Source of the DNA: Podarcis pityusensis
Taxonomy: Eukaryota
DNA: 64,000 nucleotides
Direction: 5' to 3' (one strand)
NCBI GenBank assembly: GCA_964106645.2
Contig: OZ067046.1
Positions 39,051 to 53,137 of the stretch are shown here, one piece after another. The notes below the pieces were generated by a model. That model was not told where the DNA came from. It was given only the letters and a program-made list of their open reading frames with translations, and made no database searches. Numbering within the stretch: the stretch's first letter is position 1; each line of letters starts with the position of its first letter. The position numbers and the translations under genes were made by a program.

Positions 39051-41811
39051 CCCAAGACAAAGCACTTACGAGAAAATAAATTCTGTGGCAGGAAGTCTAC
39101 AAGAAGCAATGTATACCTCTTGGAATTGCAGCCTGCAAATTCCATCACACACACACATCCAAAACAGCACAGAGGTGTTCACATAAAAAGCCATTCATAT
39201 GTAAAAGAGAGTGGGATCACACCTAGTGGCCACCCCCTTACCCATCCATGAATTCAGCATTCAGGAGAAGGGGCTATTTGCACATTCTGACATAGCATAA
39301 AAAACAAAATGAGGACTAGCATAAATTCTAATTTCAATATGCAGAATCAGTACATTTTTTTCATCTGCTCCAACAACTTCATGTCACTATAGAATCTGCC
39401 CAGAAATTGCAAACTTATAGGAAAAGGCTTCATTAGCATCCCAAATAAGGGAATGTCTTTTCTGGAAAAAGAACCCACCACGATAGTATCCATTCATCGT
39501 GCAGTAACCTGTCCTGCACAAATTTAAAAATCAAAAAGTTGCTTGTTCTTTGAGTTTGAGATGTAGCAGAAAAAGCATCCTATATTATATTATTGATGGG
39601 CTGAATTGTGGTGGCCTATGGCTCTGAGCAATAAAGATTCAGTTCAGTAATTATAGATCAAAACCACTCTCCTCCAGAGTGTAAAACGAAAGACTATATA
39701 GGGCACTATCTAGGGCTTAGTGTTTGTGTACACTTGAATATAAGCGTCCAGGAAGCAAAATGTTCAGCTCCAAGACAGATCAGGGTAAGACAGACTGGGG
39801 GACAGGGGGGCTGAATCCAGAAGATCATCTATTCTGCAAACCCACAGCAACATACTTTGAATGAGGCATCCCCCTAAGAGGAACTGTCAAATGACATTAT
39901 GGTGGACCTACTATAAAGAAGCTTTAATAGCAAACAGATAGCTGCTTTTGAAGACAGTATAGCAAGGTTATACATACCAAAAGCATTTGCAACAATTAAT
40001 TCACCATTGTGTAGCATAGTCCAGCAAAGCCATATCACTTGGTTTGCTGAATTCATAGGGTCGTTGCAAGTATCATGCCATGCAACAAAGGGAGAGGTTA
40101 AGATCTCCTTAGATCTATTGAATCATGTTGATTTTATAGAATGGTCTCCATGTCTACCTGGATTCATAGAGCATAACCAAGTTCTGTTGAATTTGCCAAG
40201 CAAAATTAACTAATAAGGAATATAATTAATTGCCTATCTTTCCATTAAGTTCATTATCTGCCATGTAGCACAAGCATGGCTTTCTGTTGAGAAAACACAG
40301 CTTTAAAAATAGTATTTGCATTTTTACCATAACGCTCAAAATGTTTTAAACACTGAAGCAGCCTCCTCTGGAATAAAAAATGGCATTTGGGTTTTAAAAA
40401 TGAGAATGTAATATCAAAGTGAGTCAAGCTTCAGGCTTTCCATGTTTTAATGTTATTATGTATGACATTATGCCACTATAATCTAATATTCTGTTATGGT
40501 GTCACAGCACAGAAGAATCACAGTAAAGTGATTACAGATCACCAGGGACGTGAGATGTAAAAGGCTTGCGCAGCACGAATAGCAGGAACATATATAGTCA
40601 TTTCTCTTTCCCTATACATCAGATATTTGCTTGCAATGGGGGATAAGAGGTTCAAATGGAACAATGTTGCATGCCATTGACAGCTGTTGGAAATCAACCC
40701 AATATACTATGGCATTGCCTTTTTTCAGAAAACTAATACGATATAGGACCATTTGGCTAGAACTGGACAGGAGATGAATCGTGTACTCCTTCTCAACCTT
40801 GTCTCCTGCTTTGACTTGTGGCTGTGACTTGTTCATTGGTCCCGTTTAGTTGTCTGGTGGTTCCCCAGCTCCTGGTTCACCTCAGATGGTTTCCCTTGCT
40901 TGTCAATACTCAAGACAAAGGGGACAAACTGTTCAGGGGCAACAGAGCAGGTAACATGTGCTGAACTGGACAGAACCAGGTGGGGTCAGAAGTCTGCGCA
41001 GAGGTCTCAGAAAGATCCCCACATTCTTATTTTCTGAGGTAGGTGGGTGGGTGCCTTTCTATTGTAGTAGCTCCATACAAATAGCAGTTCTGGTTAGTCA
41101 TCAACGACTTAAATGTTACAACCTATGCAAATATATCATGCTCACGTTAGATCACACAAGATACCATTTAGGCACAAGATTTTTAGAAAAACAAGAGAAA
41201 GGAAATATGCAATATGCCATCGCTGTTCCAACAATTGAAATTTGTTTTAAAAAGAGGTAGGAAACCTCAGGTGCAGGCGCCAAATGTGGCCTTCCCTCTG
41301 GCCCTCCAAGCTCTCCTCTGGCCACACCCCTCATCAGACTAGCTCTGTGCCTACTTTGGATATATTTGTATGGCTGGAATGTAAGCATACTTATCTCAAC
41401 AGTTGGTTCTAGAGGTTGGAAGGGAGAATGTTAACAGAGTCAGGAAGTACACTGGGAGTGAAAAGGCGAAAGCACCAGAAACCTCTGCTTGCATAAACAT
41501 TCTTGAAAGCAGGATTGTGTGCGACTGTCCCAATAGCATCACAAATGTGCAATAGAAAAGGTGTCTGGAGGAGCCTCTGATGTCATAGCACCTCACTTTT
41601 TGAATTGACTAGATTTTGGATGCATCTTTAAGAAACTCCTTACCCCTTTCAAAACAAAATTTGTGAATTTTGCAAGCCAAACGTACGGTAACTTCTTACA
41701 ACCCCACTCCAAAATAAGAATATACAGTTACATTTTTGCCAGCTAACAGCCTATTAAGAACGCCACTGTATCACACCACCCAAGTTTTTACATCTCTGTG
41801 TGTAAGTCTGT

Positions 41812-41995
41812 GGGCAGATCCATACCATACATGAAAAGAACATTTAAAGCACACTCTTCCCCCAAAGAATCCTCAGAACTGTCGTTTCACAGAGCTACAA
41901 TTCCCAGCCCCCTTAAGGAACTACAGTTCCCAGGAGACGCCATGTGTTTTAAATATGAACTGAATGTGTTTTCAATGTATGGTGTGGATCTGCCC
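41812..41995. mobile_element. PIF/Harbinger-like MITE
   Basis: TIRs GGGCAGATCCATACCATACA / TGTATGGTGTGGATCTGCCC with 3-bp flanks TGT/TGT; decayed relative at ~15565-15742. Confidence 0.75.
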
Positions 41996-44900
41996 TGTGT
42001 GCGTGCACATGGATGTGTGCGCACAAGCGGTGATGAAAGGCACCTCAGTCATTCTTCAATAAATCTAATCTGACCTCAATGCCATAGGAAGCTTCTGCCA
42101 AGGAAAAAAGGGGGAAATGGGGGCAGGGAGGCCTGTAAGGCAACTCCATTAAAACATCCCCATTGTCATCTTGCTTTCCTCACAGATGGGACAGAGGAGA
42201 AAGTTCCTGTCTTGTGGGTGGAGTGAACAGAAGGCTACACAGTCCAAATCACAGACTTTGCCACTCCCAGCCAGCCTGGAGCCAAGGAAAATAAGACTAC
42301 CAGCTGGCACTAGCCCCTCATGCCTTAAAAGCCATCCCCACTAGCATGTTGAGAGGGCGTTCTTTAACATTAGAGGGAACGCTTCCAGAATGTATTTCTA
42401 TTTAGGCTAATAGGCTGCAAGATTGCAGTACACAGCCCTGCTGTATTAGGGAGATTTATTTATAAATACCATTTGGGAGTGTATTCCATGTGCTTAAAAA
42501 AGCAGAAGCAATCGCCTATTCGCTGAGATAGGACTGAGCACACTCTACTGGCCAATGGTAAACACTACAGTTTCTTTCAACGTTGTCATTAGAACACTTC
42601 AAAAACAGTGTAAATGTAAAACCTATCATCTTCTTTTTAAAAAAAAAGAAAAGGAAAGGTTGTTTTTCTATGATTCTACCTGGAAGACACTATGGGGATG
42701 AAGACAGGAGGAAAATACAGATTTAGAGCTGCTCCAGCTGCCTACTCTGCACATGAAACCACCATATCAGGTTACATGGGGCTGTATCCCGGCTCACTTG
42801 GCTCACCAAACCCCCTGCCATTCCCCCCACCTTAAACTCCTAGAACTTCCCCTTCCCAACCCATGCAAACACTAAGCTCATTTCTCAACTTCTCAACTTC
42901 CCAACTCCATTTCTGAAGCCAACTTCTCTTTTATACTGCAGCTCTGCTTTGCCATTGTTTAAAATTGCCACTTGCCCCCCTCTCAGTGTCTCTCAATTCC
43001 CTCTTTACTCAAACTTCTGCCATTGTTTTAAACCACCACTTTCTCCCCCTCAGTGTCCCTGCCTTCACTCTCCCAGGCCACAGCCACTGCCGTTGTGCAG
43101 CCTGCCATCACGTTTGCTCTCCTACCCAGCCCTGACTTCATGCAAATCCAGGATTGTGATGCGGCTCTACAAATCCTCCAATACGGACTGCGTGATGACG
43201 TTCTTTCATTTTTATTGTATAGATATTTGTTAGATGGATAGGAAAGACAGTGACCAGATATAAAATCAGATGGAAGTGATGAAGCATAGAAAGCTCCACA
43301 GTAGAGACGCAATTCTTACACTGTACATGATATTGTTGCTTAGTTTCAAGCCAAATCCCAGAATGGCTGGCAAAGAATGACTGGACATTTCCAACAAGAA
43401 TATATGTGCAATTTTCTAGAGAAGAGGCTGCACACCTCACGCTAATAGACACAGGAACCCTGGGAGTAGAAAGAAGTAAAGTAGTCGCTTCTCTGGCCTT
43501 GGTCTAAGGATCCAGGTAAGAGGTAACTGTGGCTGATCCCACAATTCTAGCAAGTATTCCTATATGAAGCACATGGTTTCAAGCACCTCTTGGTGACATT
43601 TACGCTCCACATTTTTAACTGTACCCTCAGAACTTCTGCCTTAAAAAACGGTGTGTGAAGAGTCCTTAAGACTTTGTATTCCTGTCTCTTCGTACTCTTA
43701 GGAGGCATGGTGATTAAATCAAAACACCACTGATGCCCTTGAAATCATGTCCAATAAACAAGATGATTAAAAGTGTACCTGCATGAATACAAATCAGTGG
43801 ATTGAGTCATATTTTCAGCTGCCTGCCAACCCACAGCTGACCTATCTGTTGTATACTTGCTGATAGCTGCAGATTTCACACCACTAAGTTGGGCTACACA
43901 GTTTTGTCGACAAAGTTTCTGTGTTGCAGTCTGCACAGAGCTTGGACTGGTGTGCATGTTGAGCCCCTCACACCGTCAGTCTACTCATGATTCCAGAGGT
44001 ACAATGGGATTCTCTGTCATTTCTCCTTGTCCCTGCTGGGATGGTGCAGAAGCAACAGATGGCACAGAAAGAGCTAAAAGAAACCAACCAGATTATGATT
44101 TAGCTCCTGTCTGATAGCATTTCTGGGTGATCTCCCCCACCCCGCTGGTTCAACAAATGAATTACTTTCTTCCTCTATTTGGTTTAGTCCCCATCTCTCT
44201 CTTCCGTCCCTCCCCAACAAACACAGAATCAAGCCAAAACCTTATTAGGCACGGATATTCTTAAGGAAAGCAGCAGTTCCGAAAAATTCAAGACTGGCAT
44301 AAATCCATAGCCCACAGCAGCTCTTTGCTTAAGACACATTGCCATCTAGCCACAGTACAATGTAATCTACAGCCCACACACCATAAAGAAGGGCTTTAAA
44401 ACATTTTTTTTTTAATGCCCTGCCACTCTGAACAATAACAAAGCGTTGATTCTGTGCTTTTCTGTTAAAATGGGCAAGAAGAAACTCAGCAAAAAAGAGA
44501 AGAAAATAAAGGGATGCATTAGTGGAAGATGGAGGAGGGGTAGTATGCCGTAATTCACCCCCCCCCCCCATATTGCCTTTTTGAATTGAACATTTCCATG
44601 TCCTAGGAATAAATGATATTCCCTTATATTAAGTAAAAACCATTGGTTCATCTAGCCCAAAACTGCCAGCAGGTCTCCAAAGGTCTCAGAGGGGTTGTGT
44701 CCAATGTTAGTCCTACTCAGAGTAAACCTATTGAAATAGACATGCCTAATTTATGAACACTGTTGTGTGGGTCAGTCTTGTCTCCCATGTTCTTGAACAT
44801 CTGCATAAAACTGCTGGGTGACATCATCCCAGGGAGGAAGAGAAGATCCTAAACAGATGCCTGAGATTAGTGGTTGAATTGGATGAGGACAAGTGGATAT

Positions 44901-46422
44901 GTGCTTATGTGTTCAACTTGTTTTGGATGGAATCGCACTCTCCATGAAGACTGTTAAGCCTGAGAGCAGGGACTTGTCACACTACTGACCTTTGTAATCC
45001 TCTCAGAGAGGCCTTTTCAGGCAGAGTGGAGTAAAAATGCAAGACACTTATTTGGAAGAAAAAGCAATGGAGCGCCAATCTAGATCATGCAAATACACTG
45101 ATACGTGGCCTTTGCTGGTTTCCAGCCAAAAATCCCCTTTCTTGATTGCAAACTGAGTTTTTGGGTAGAGCAGTAGCTGCAATAGAGTTGGGTAAAGCGA
45201 ATCTCACTCCAAAGTTTGTCACCCCCTCAGAAAGAAAGAAAAAAGAGGAAGAAAATGACAGGAAGGCCTTATGAGCATTTTTTCAAATCCATAAAACATT
45301 ATACATATCATCACTTTGCAAAGGCTTCAGGTAGTGAGTAGGTTTGAAGGTTGAAAGTATAGCCTGTAAGTTTCCCCTACAATAAATAGCATTTGCATTT
45401 ATTATTTTTTGGCAAGAATTAGCCTTTACTAGTAGATAAGTAGTACACTGCATTCTGCTAGTCAGCTTTCTTGCTCTAAAACATGCAAGCACTCAGCCAG
45501 CAGATCCTGTTTCAAAGTTCTCAGTATTTTTCTCACTGTTTTACTGTCTCTGAACCTGGGGTCAGGTACCTGCTTTCTTGCTTCTTTCTACACTACTATT
45601 GTAGTGATAAATTTCCTCTGCATTACTACTGAAACTCATTAGTGTCTTAGGAAGTCATTGCTCTGACAGTAAGCATGTGCCTCTGTTGTTGATTTAGCTG
45701 ACATCTTAAAAATGAGTTTACATGAAGCAAGTATTGCTGTGCTACTCTATTTTCATCAGAGATGGCACTATCGACACATGAACCCTCATGGTTCAGTAGT
45801 TTCACAATGCATTAACTTTCTTCACTAGATGACTAACAGGAGAAAGCTGACTTTGTCAACTTGATTTTTCATTGGATAATGCATTGGGTTCTCTGACACC
45901 CCACCCTATGAGGACAACAAGAACAAGCTGCTGAACGTCCAAAGGAAAAGTTCAAAGAACTCAGGCATTTCACATCTCATCCATTCTTAAGAATGTGGGT
46001 AGAGTGTTAGAGTTTGGTGGACTGGGCACAAGAAACAGGATAAAATACTTATTCTGCGAAACTCAGGGCTAATGATGTAGTAATCAGGTTCATACATGGC
46101 TAGGCTAATATCATAGCTGGATTTACTGCAGTAAACTAGAAAAATCTTCAGGGTAAATGAATATTGCTAAACAATCAGGGAACACATACTTGGAATCCAC
46201 AGCCAATCAGGGTTTCCCCAACAGTTGTTTCCAAGAGAATTGTCTTTGTTTGTCCCCAGAACTGAAGTTCTTTAACCCTCACCTGTAGTTACCACCTCCA
46301 TACCAGCAACAGAAATGTTGTAATGGAAGAAAGATACATGTGCTCCATTTCTGCTGACCATAAAACTTTTTGCGTTGGGGGGCAGGCAACAGTTCTATCC
46401 TTGTCTGAAGCTTGTCTACACA

Positions 46423-46780
46423 CTAGGGATGGGAAATAAATTTGATTCAGTTCACATTTGAAGGTGAACCTCCCTAGCTTTCCAAAGCAGTACACGATAG
46501 CTCAGTCGATAGAGCATGAGGTTCTTAATCTCAGGGTCATGGGTCCATGCCCCATATTCAGCAAAAATATACCTTAATTGCAAGAGTTTGGACTAGATGA
46601 TGCTCGGGATTCTTTCCAACTCTATAATTCTGCGAGTCCATGATTCTAAACATGGCCTTCAAAATTTACACTTCTTTAAACTTTGCAGTCCAGAACTCTA
46701 GCCAACTAATGCGTACCAAAAGGCATACCCTAGGATAAAGTGTGCATAACCATGCATACATTTGTAAGCATAACATACCC
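46423..46780 (+). mobile_element. Partial hAT-type element (TAGGGATG end) interrupted by a SINE
   Basis: Homologous to 49568-49972 on both sides of the SINE at 46496-46648. Confidence 0.7.
46496..46648 (+). mobile_element. tRNA-Lys-derived SINE with a CR1-like 3' tail
   Basis: gatagctcagtcgatagagcatgag..cttaatctcagggtcatggg (tRNA-Lys(CTT)-like head) followed by ttggactagatga...ttccaactcta..atgattct (CR1 tail). Confidence 0.8.
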
Positions 46781-47091
46781 TGTGAGGGGTAGAGGAAACA
46801 AGGATTGGACCCACCTTTCAGAGCCAGTTTCTTACACCTGCATTAGAGTATAACATATTTTAGATTATGATCAGGAATTGACTAGATCCTCCCCAATCCC
46901 TGTAATTAACTGTGTTGCTTTCAGCGGAGCTGCTGTACCTCCCTTCAACACAACATTGCTAATTTGAATTTCCAAAAGTACGGTAATATACATCGCTTAT
47001 ACCATTTTTTTTTACACCATTCTCCTATGCATGTTTACTCAAACATACATCCTACTGTGTATCATGCAGCTGATTCCCAGGTAAGTGTATA

Positions 47092-47309
47092 CAGTGGTAC
47101 CTCGAGTTAAGAACTTAATTCGTTCTGGAGGTCCATTCTTAACCTGAAACTGTTCTTAACCTGAGGTACCACTTTAGCTAATGGGGCCTCCCACTGCCAC
47201 CACTGTGTGATTTCTGTTCTCATTCTGAAGCAAAGTTCTTAACCAGAAATACTATTTTTGGGTTAGTGGAGTCTGTAACCTGAAGCGTCTGTAACCCGAG
47301 GTATCACTG
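47092..47309 (-). mobile_element. Tigger-like MITE
   Basis: CAGTGGTACCTC TIR and TA flanks. Confidence 0.9.
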
Positions 47310-48204
47310 TATAATATTTCAGCCTTATTGCACCTATTTCTAGTTTGGTAGCTGATTGACTGACCTCTTTTACTCTCCCACAACGAGCATTCAAGCAAAG
47401 CCTGCAGTAGCTGCAAATGGCCACATTAGGGAGACAGCCGACCACCAAGAACAGACAAGAAAGAAAAAGGCAGAAATCAATACACACTTCATAGAGGTGG
47501 AAGCTTCTCTGCTTTCATTCGTTTTAGATAAGGTTAAGCCACAATAAACTCAATACCAATGCACACTGTTGGTAAAAAGGTAAAAGCATTGCCAGCACAC
47601 AAAAGTCACATCTTCCCTTTGTACTGCAAAGAAGTTCAAAAGCTTGTTTTGCCTTTGGAAACCCTTCATGATGCTTTTATAGTGCACTTTAGAAAAATGT
47701 TGTTTCCCACGGGGTAGGGATTTGTTTTGGGCCAAAAAATGAATGGGATAAATAAATGATTAACATACTAACAAACATTGTTGCAGATTGGCAATCATTT
47801 CCCCACAATTTTTAATTAAACTAACAACAAAAAATGTCTCTACTAGAGGTATGCATTATGGGCAAGCAACAGACAGTCCCTGGGTACACACTAATTCCCT
47901 GGGAGCTACCATACGTCAATTCAAGAAGGAAAACAGCATAATGGAACCACTATCTTTGGCAATATGATTTGACACCAGAAGAAAACGTCTGTGGCCCTGT
48001 TTCAGGGGTGTGGAACCTGAAGCCCTGCAGGTGTTGCTGGACAACACCTTCTGCCATTCCCAATAATTTATCATGCTGGCCCCATCTTTGCCCTAAGCCC
48101 TTTATTTCCCTTATCAATGTAAAGACTATCATACAGCCTATTCAGTGCCCTTTCCTTGGCCTAGTTCACAGCACCTACAACACCCCTATCCCAGCCATCT
48201 TTTG

Positions 48205-48452
48205 ACAGCACGGCTGGTTTGCCCATGAGGTGGCCTGAGCAGTCGCCTCAGGTGGCAGAATCCCAAAGGGCAGTGTCCCTGCATATGGCCCACCCAACAC
48301 TGGCACTAGAGAAGTGAGGAGAGGCAACGGCAGAAATCTCAAGAGATCTTGTGAGAAGCTGCCACCATGCAACCTCAGTAAGTGAAGCTTCGGTGGAGGG
48401 AGCTGGCACCTTCCTGTTTCACCTCAGGCAGCAAAATGGGATGGGCCACCTG
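48205..48452 (+). mobile_element. GC-rich interspersed repeat, copy 3
   Basis: Homologous to 27545-27800 (inverted) and 37765-38022. Confidence 0.55.
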
Positions 48453-48687
48453 TTAGATAGTGCAGATTTAACAGCTGGGGATGGCAGATGCAAAGACCTG
48501 CTACCTGAATTGTGAATGCAACTTCATTCCTCTGGCCAACTGTCAGCTTCAGTAGACTTTCTACTCAAGGTGAGAGCTATTAGACATCTTCTGCCTCACA
48601 CTTGGAGCAGCTCCAAGCATGGTATAGGTGTTGTTTCCTCTATACTGCCCATACACTATAAGGCAGAAGTGGGGGACCTATCACTTT

Positions 48688-48860
48688 TCATAGAATCCTA
48701 GAGTTGGAAGTGACCCAAGGGTCATCTAGTCCAACCACCTGCAGTGCAGGAATCTCAACTAAAGCACCATGACAGATGACCACCCAATCTCTGCTAAAAA
48801 AAACTTCCAAGGAAAGAGTCCACCACATCTTGTTGGAGTCTGTTCCACCGCCAAACAGCT
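48688..48860 (-). mobile_element. CR1 3' terminal fragment
   Basis: tcatagaatcctagagttggaag...ctagtccaacc...ctgttccac, matching the start of the 33413 copy. Confidence 0.85.
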
Positions 48861-49567
48861 TTAGTCCATTTCTGGCATGCCTGAACATTGGCCATGTTGG
48901 CAGGGTCTGGGGCAACTGAGCTTAGTACGATCATAGATTTTTGCATTCAATTTATCATGCACAAAGATTTAGCATGCGCATTCAATTTAGCATGCCCTCT
49001 TGATAGGAAGTCTGAAGGCTGCTTCTTAACATGATGCTTTGTGCTCTGTTGCCACTCACAATTACAAAAATACATGAATATGGTATTTTTGAAACACTTA
49101 CATGTATAAATCACTCCTTTATCAAAATGCATGTGAGCTTTGTGTGGGAAAGGTCTAGCTGCTGTTAATGTTATCATTGTATTTATCATTGTTTATAAAG
49201 CAATCAAAATAACAAACACAAGAGACTGTCCACATGCTTACAAACTAAAGTAATTTAAAATGAAAGGGGATCAGAAATAACACTAGCATGGCCTTTATAT
49301 CCAATGGGATGTGCACATACAATGTCATCCAAACGTAGAACTGGAAATTTTAATTGTTCTGGGATGTAAATAAATGTCACAAATAATTCTGTATTAACAC
49401 TGTAGTACTTAACTACAAACACAAGAGGTCTCCTTAAGTATGTATTTCAGATGCTGCTTTATCTCATTAACTACACCAAATATATATTCTGCAGGGAGGG
49501 GGGAATTAATAGTGCACAGCATACCATCTGGTAAAATCTTAGAATTACATAAGAACTTGCTGAAGAC

Positions 49568-49972
49568 TAGGGGTGGGTGGAAATTTGGTTCAGTTTGCAT
49601 TTTACCATGAACCTACCTAATTTACCTTTCAAGAAACAAGATGTGAACCCAAATACTGTACAGCTGTCCTTTGAAATTCACACTACTCCAGATTTTGCTG
49701 TGCTCTTCTCCAACCGTGTAAGAAAAAAAATTGTATATTAGTGGAAAGTGAACATAAAAATGCACATACCCATGAAAATAACACACAAACACCTTGCAAG
49801 AATGTATATATTAGTCAAAACAGCATGCAAAAGATATATATTAGGAGAAATGGACTGAAATGCTAACCTTTGTGGGAATGTTAAAAAAATACAATCAGAA
49901 GTAAAACTATGGGGAACTGAATTTAAGATCAGGAAAATGAGAAAGTTGAAATAGACAAATTTTCCATCCCTT
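49568..49972 (+). mobile_element. hAT-type element (TAGGG TIR), inserted before the duplication
   Basis: TAGGGGTG...CATCCCTT with flanks ctgaagac/ctgaatgc; present at the equivalent site in copy 2 (58444-58814). Confidence 0.8.
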
Positions 49973-50260
49973 CTGAATGCTCATCCCATGTGGTTGCTAT
50001 CACTTTAAATGACACAGCAAATACAATATAGGCTTCCTGTCACTATAAGGAGGTAGTTGTGGAGATTTCAGTTCCATCAAGTATTCCTGCAGTCTTCAAT
50101 CAGGCCCATGACCTCGTCCCCCTGGGGTCAGATCCAAATAGTGAACCAGTGCACAGAAATGGCTCACTATGTGGAACAGCAATCATGTGGTACAATGCAG
50201 CTGAACCAAAAGTGACTTCGCCCTGTTTTTCCTGTCCAGTTTGCAGTGATGACTTGGTCA

Positions 50261-50416
50261 NNNNNNNNNNNNNNNNNNNNNNNNNNNNNNNNNNNNNNNN
50301 NNNNNNNNNNNNNNNNNNNNNNNNNNNNNNNNNNNNNNNNNNNNNNNNNNNNNNNNNNNNNNNNNNNNNNNNNNNNNNNNNNNNNNNNNNNNNNNNNNNN
50401 NNNNNNNNNNNNNNNN
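50261..50416. other. Assembly gap (156 N)
   Basis: Run of N. Confidence 1.
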
Positions 50417-50422
50417 AAATCA

Positions 50423-50660
50423 GAGAGCCAGTGTGTATAGTAGTGGTTTGAGTGTTGGACTAGAATCTGGGAGACCATAATTTGAATTCTCTCTCAGCCA
50501 TGAAGCCCACTGGGTTATATTGGGCTGGTCGCTGCTGCCTTCCAGCCTAACCTACTTCACAGGGTTGTTGTGGGGATTAAATGAGGAGGGAGAGAACAGT
50601 GTACGCCACCTTGAGCTCCTTGGAGGAAACGTGGGGTGTATAAATGTAGTAAAATAAACA
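50423..50660 (+). mobile_element. MIR/CORE-like SINE with L2-like tail
   Basis: tagtggtttgagtgttggactag..ctgggagacc..cagcctaacctacttcacagggttgttgtg..gccaccttgagctcc; weaker copy at ~35220-35420. Confidence 0.75.
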
Positions 50661-52522
50661 AACCATGCCATTAATCTAGCCCCATTTAGCTACCCCGATC
50701 ACCATCTCAGATTTGGATCACATGTAGACCAAATACCCAACATGCAGGATAGAAAACATGGGGACTGGAAAGAGCAGCAGCATTTTCATTCATTCATATA
50801 TCCAGATTTCTAGCTTTCTCCATGTGGAAGGCAAGAGTGTGGACAAGACAAAGGTCTAAACAACAACAACAACAAGAACAACAACCCCACCCTACATTCA
50901 AAACTGTTAATTAAAATCTGATAAATAAAGCATCCCACAAGCTCTAATCCTAGTACCCGTGAGAGCTACTGTAAAAATAAAGGTCTTACTGTGTTCCTAT
51001 TTAAATACCATTGAACGGCCCATTAAATCCAGCCTCTCTCTCCTCAGCTTGCTTAACTTTTCCCTGCAGGTCAAGGCATATACACCATCCCATTTACATT
51101 ACAAGCACAAGAGATTGATGCTGAACATGACAGCCAGCTCTCACAGCTCTACCCAAATTTGTAGAGTTCGAAGGGACCCTAAGGGTCATCTAGTCCAACC
51201 CCCTGCAATAAAGCAATCTCTACTAAAGCATCGGAATTTGGTATCAGATACGTATTTTACCACACAGACCACACATCACACATCACCACACATTACCACA
51301 CATCACAGCATAACCAATATGAAAGTTAGCTGAAGCTTAGTCCATTTTTTATAAAGCAAGTTTCCAGCAAGGTACACCTCCAGTATACTTCCTCCCTCTC
51401 CAAAATGGATGACCATAGGCTTGAGAGTCTGTCATAGCTGCTGCTTTTGCGATCTATTCTAGCTTTCCTTTCACCTTCTAAATAAAGGGATGCCTTTGCA
51501 GCAAGCCAGCTTCCGGATTGATTCACACTCTCTTCTAGGCATTTGATAGGTGTGTCCTAAAGTGGCTAAGGCTGCAGCCCTATTCCTTCCTAACAGGGAG
51601 AAAGCTCCGTTATACACACTGGGACTTACTTCTGAGTATACATGTACAAGACAACTGACTGTATTACTACATTATAAATCCACCCTTCCGACAAGGATAA
51701 TCTACATGGTGCTGCTCTGCTCATTTTATCTTCAAAACACCATTATAAGTTAGGGGAGGCTGAGAGACAGAGACTCATCCCATCAAGCTTTGTGGCTGGG
51801 GTTTGAACTCTTTCCAGACACCAGCACCAGAAGTGTGGCATGAGGGAACAATGCTTGAACAGTTGCATCAGACCAACTTGTTGTCATAGTCTTGTTGCTA
51901 AGCAACAACATACAGATCTCAGTGGAGTGGGAGGCCAACCAGCAAAGAGTTTATGAGGTGTACTTGCCTGGAGGCAGAATCAGCTTACAAAGTCAGGTCA
52001 GATCCAGCAAACAGCAATCCATGTGGTGAGACAGTCCAGAAGTCAAGGAATCTGGTGGTCAAAGGTCAAGACATGCAGGAAGCAGCAAGGTAGGACCAGG
52101 AACTACAAGTGTTATTACTAGCATCTGACTGCTGCTGGAAACTCTGCTTAAGAAGACTGAAGCCAGCTGGTTCTCATCAGCACCTCCTCCACCACCTCCC
52201 CTTTCAGGCTGCTGTTCAGCAGGTGAAGCTGATTCCTGGGCCATCACAGCTGTGGGTGTTGCAGTATACGTATGTGGAACTTGTGGCAGTGCAGGTGCTG
52301 TTGGATTCCAAATCTTATTATCTCTGACCTTTAGCCATCCTGGGAGTTGGAGCCCGACAACGTTTGGAAGGCCACAAGCTCCCCATCCCACCTGTGGAGG
52401 ATAACACAACATTCTTGCAGGAGAACAGCTGTATTGAGACTTGAGGAAACATGCTCCTCATCTCCCTTTCTCTGATCACCCCCTCTACCCATCAGATGTC
52501 AAGGCAATAAGCAATTATCTTA

Positions 52523-52665
52523 CTTTTAAAAGACATCTGAAGGCAGCTCTGTTTAGGGATGTGTTTAATCTTTAATGCTGTATTGTGTTTTTAATATTCC
52601 ATTGGAAGCCACCCAGAGTGGCTGGGGAAACCCAGCCACATGGGCAGGGTATCAGGGTGTATATA
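52523..52665 (+). mobile_element. L2 3' terminal fragment
   Basis: Reverse complement of 25670-25800. Confidence 0.8.
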
Positions 52666-52755
52666 TATATATATATTAACCAGCAACTACAAAACTGTTC
52701 AGGAGTGTTGAGGTTCAAGGAACTGCAAGAAAGTGCCTGCCCAGATATATTTTTT

Positions 52756-53137
52756 AAAAAGGTAAATGACCCCTAACCGTTAAGTCCAGTCACAGATGAC
52801 TCTGGGGTTGCGGCGCTCATCTCACTTTACAGGCCAAGAGACCCAGCATTTGTCTGCAGACAGTTTTTCCGGGTCATGTGGCCAGCATGACTAAGCTGCT
52901 TCTGGCTCAATGGAACACCGAAACCAAAGCAGCGCACGGAAACACGGTTTACCTTCGCACCGGAACGATACCTATTTATTTACTTGCACTTTGGGGCGTG
53001 CTCTCGAGCTGCTAGGTTGGCAGGAGCTGGGACTGAGCAATGGGAGCTCACCACGTCACAGGAATTCGAACCGCCGACCTTCTGATCGGCAAGCCCAAGA
53101 GGCTCAATGGTTTAAACCACAGTGCCACCCGCGTCCC
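52756..53137 (-). mobile_element. Sauria SINE, full length
   Basis: Complete head to tail; possible TSD gatatatt. Confidence 0.9.

Noticed and set aside
39917-40213. ~98-codon stop-free plus frame considered as an endogenous viral or exon fragment
   Set aside because: No motif recognised, no clear splice sites, and the length is achievable by chance in 64 kb. BLASTX would settle it.
46496-46565. tRNA-Lys gene
   Set aside because: Degenerate T arm and acceptor stem, fused to a CR1-like tail, so it is a SINE head.
50059-50478. ORFs spanning the N run
   Set aside because: Artefacts of the assembly gap.
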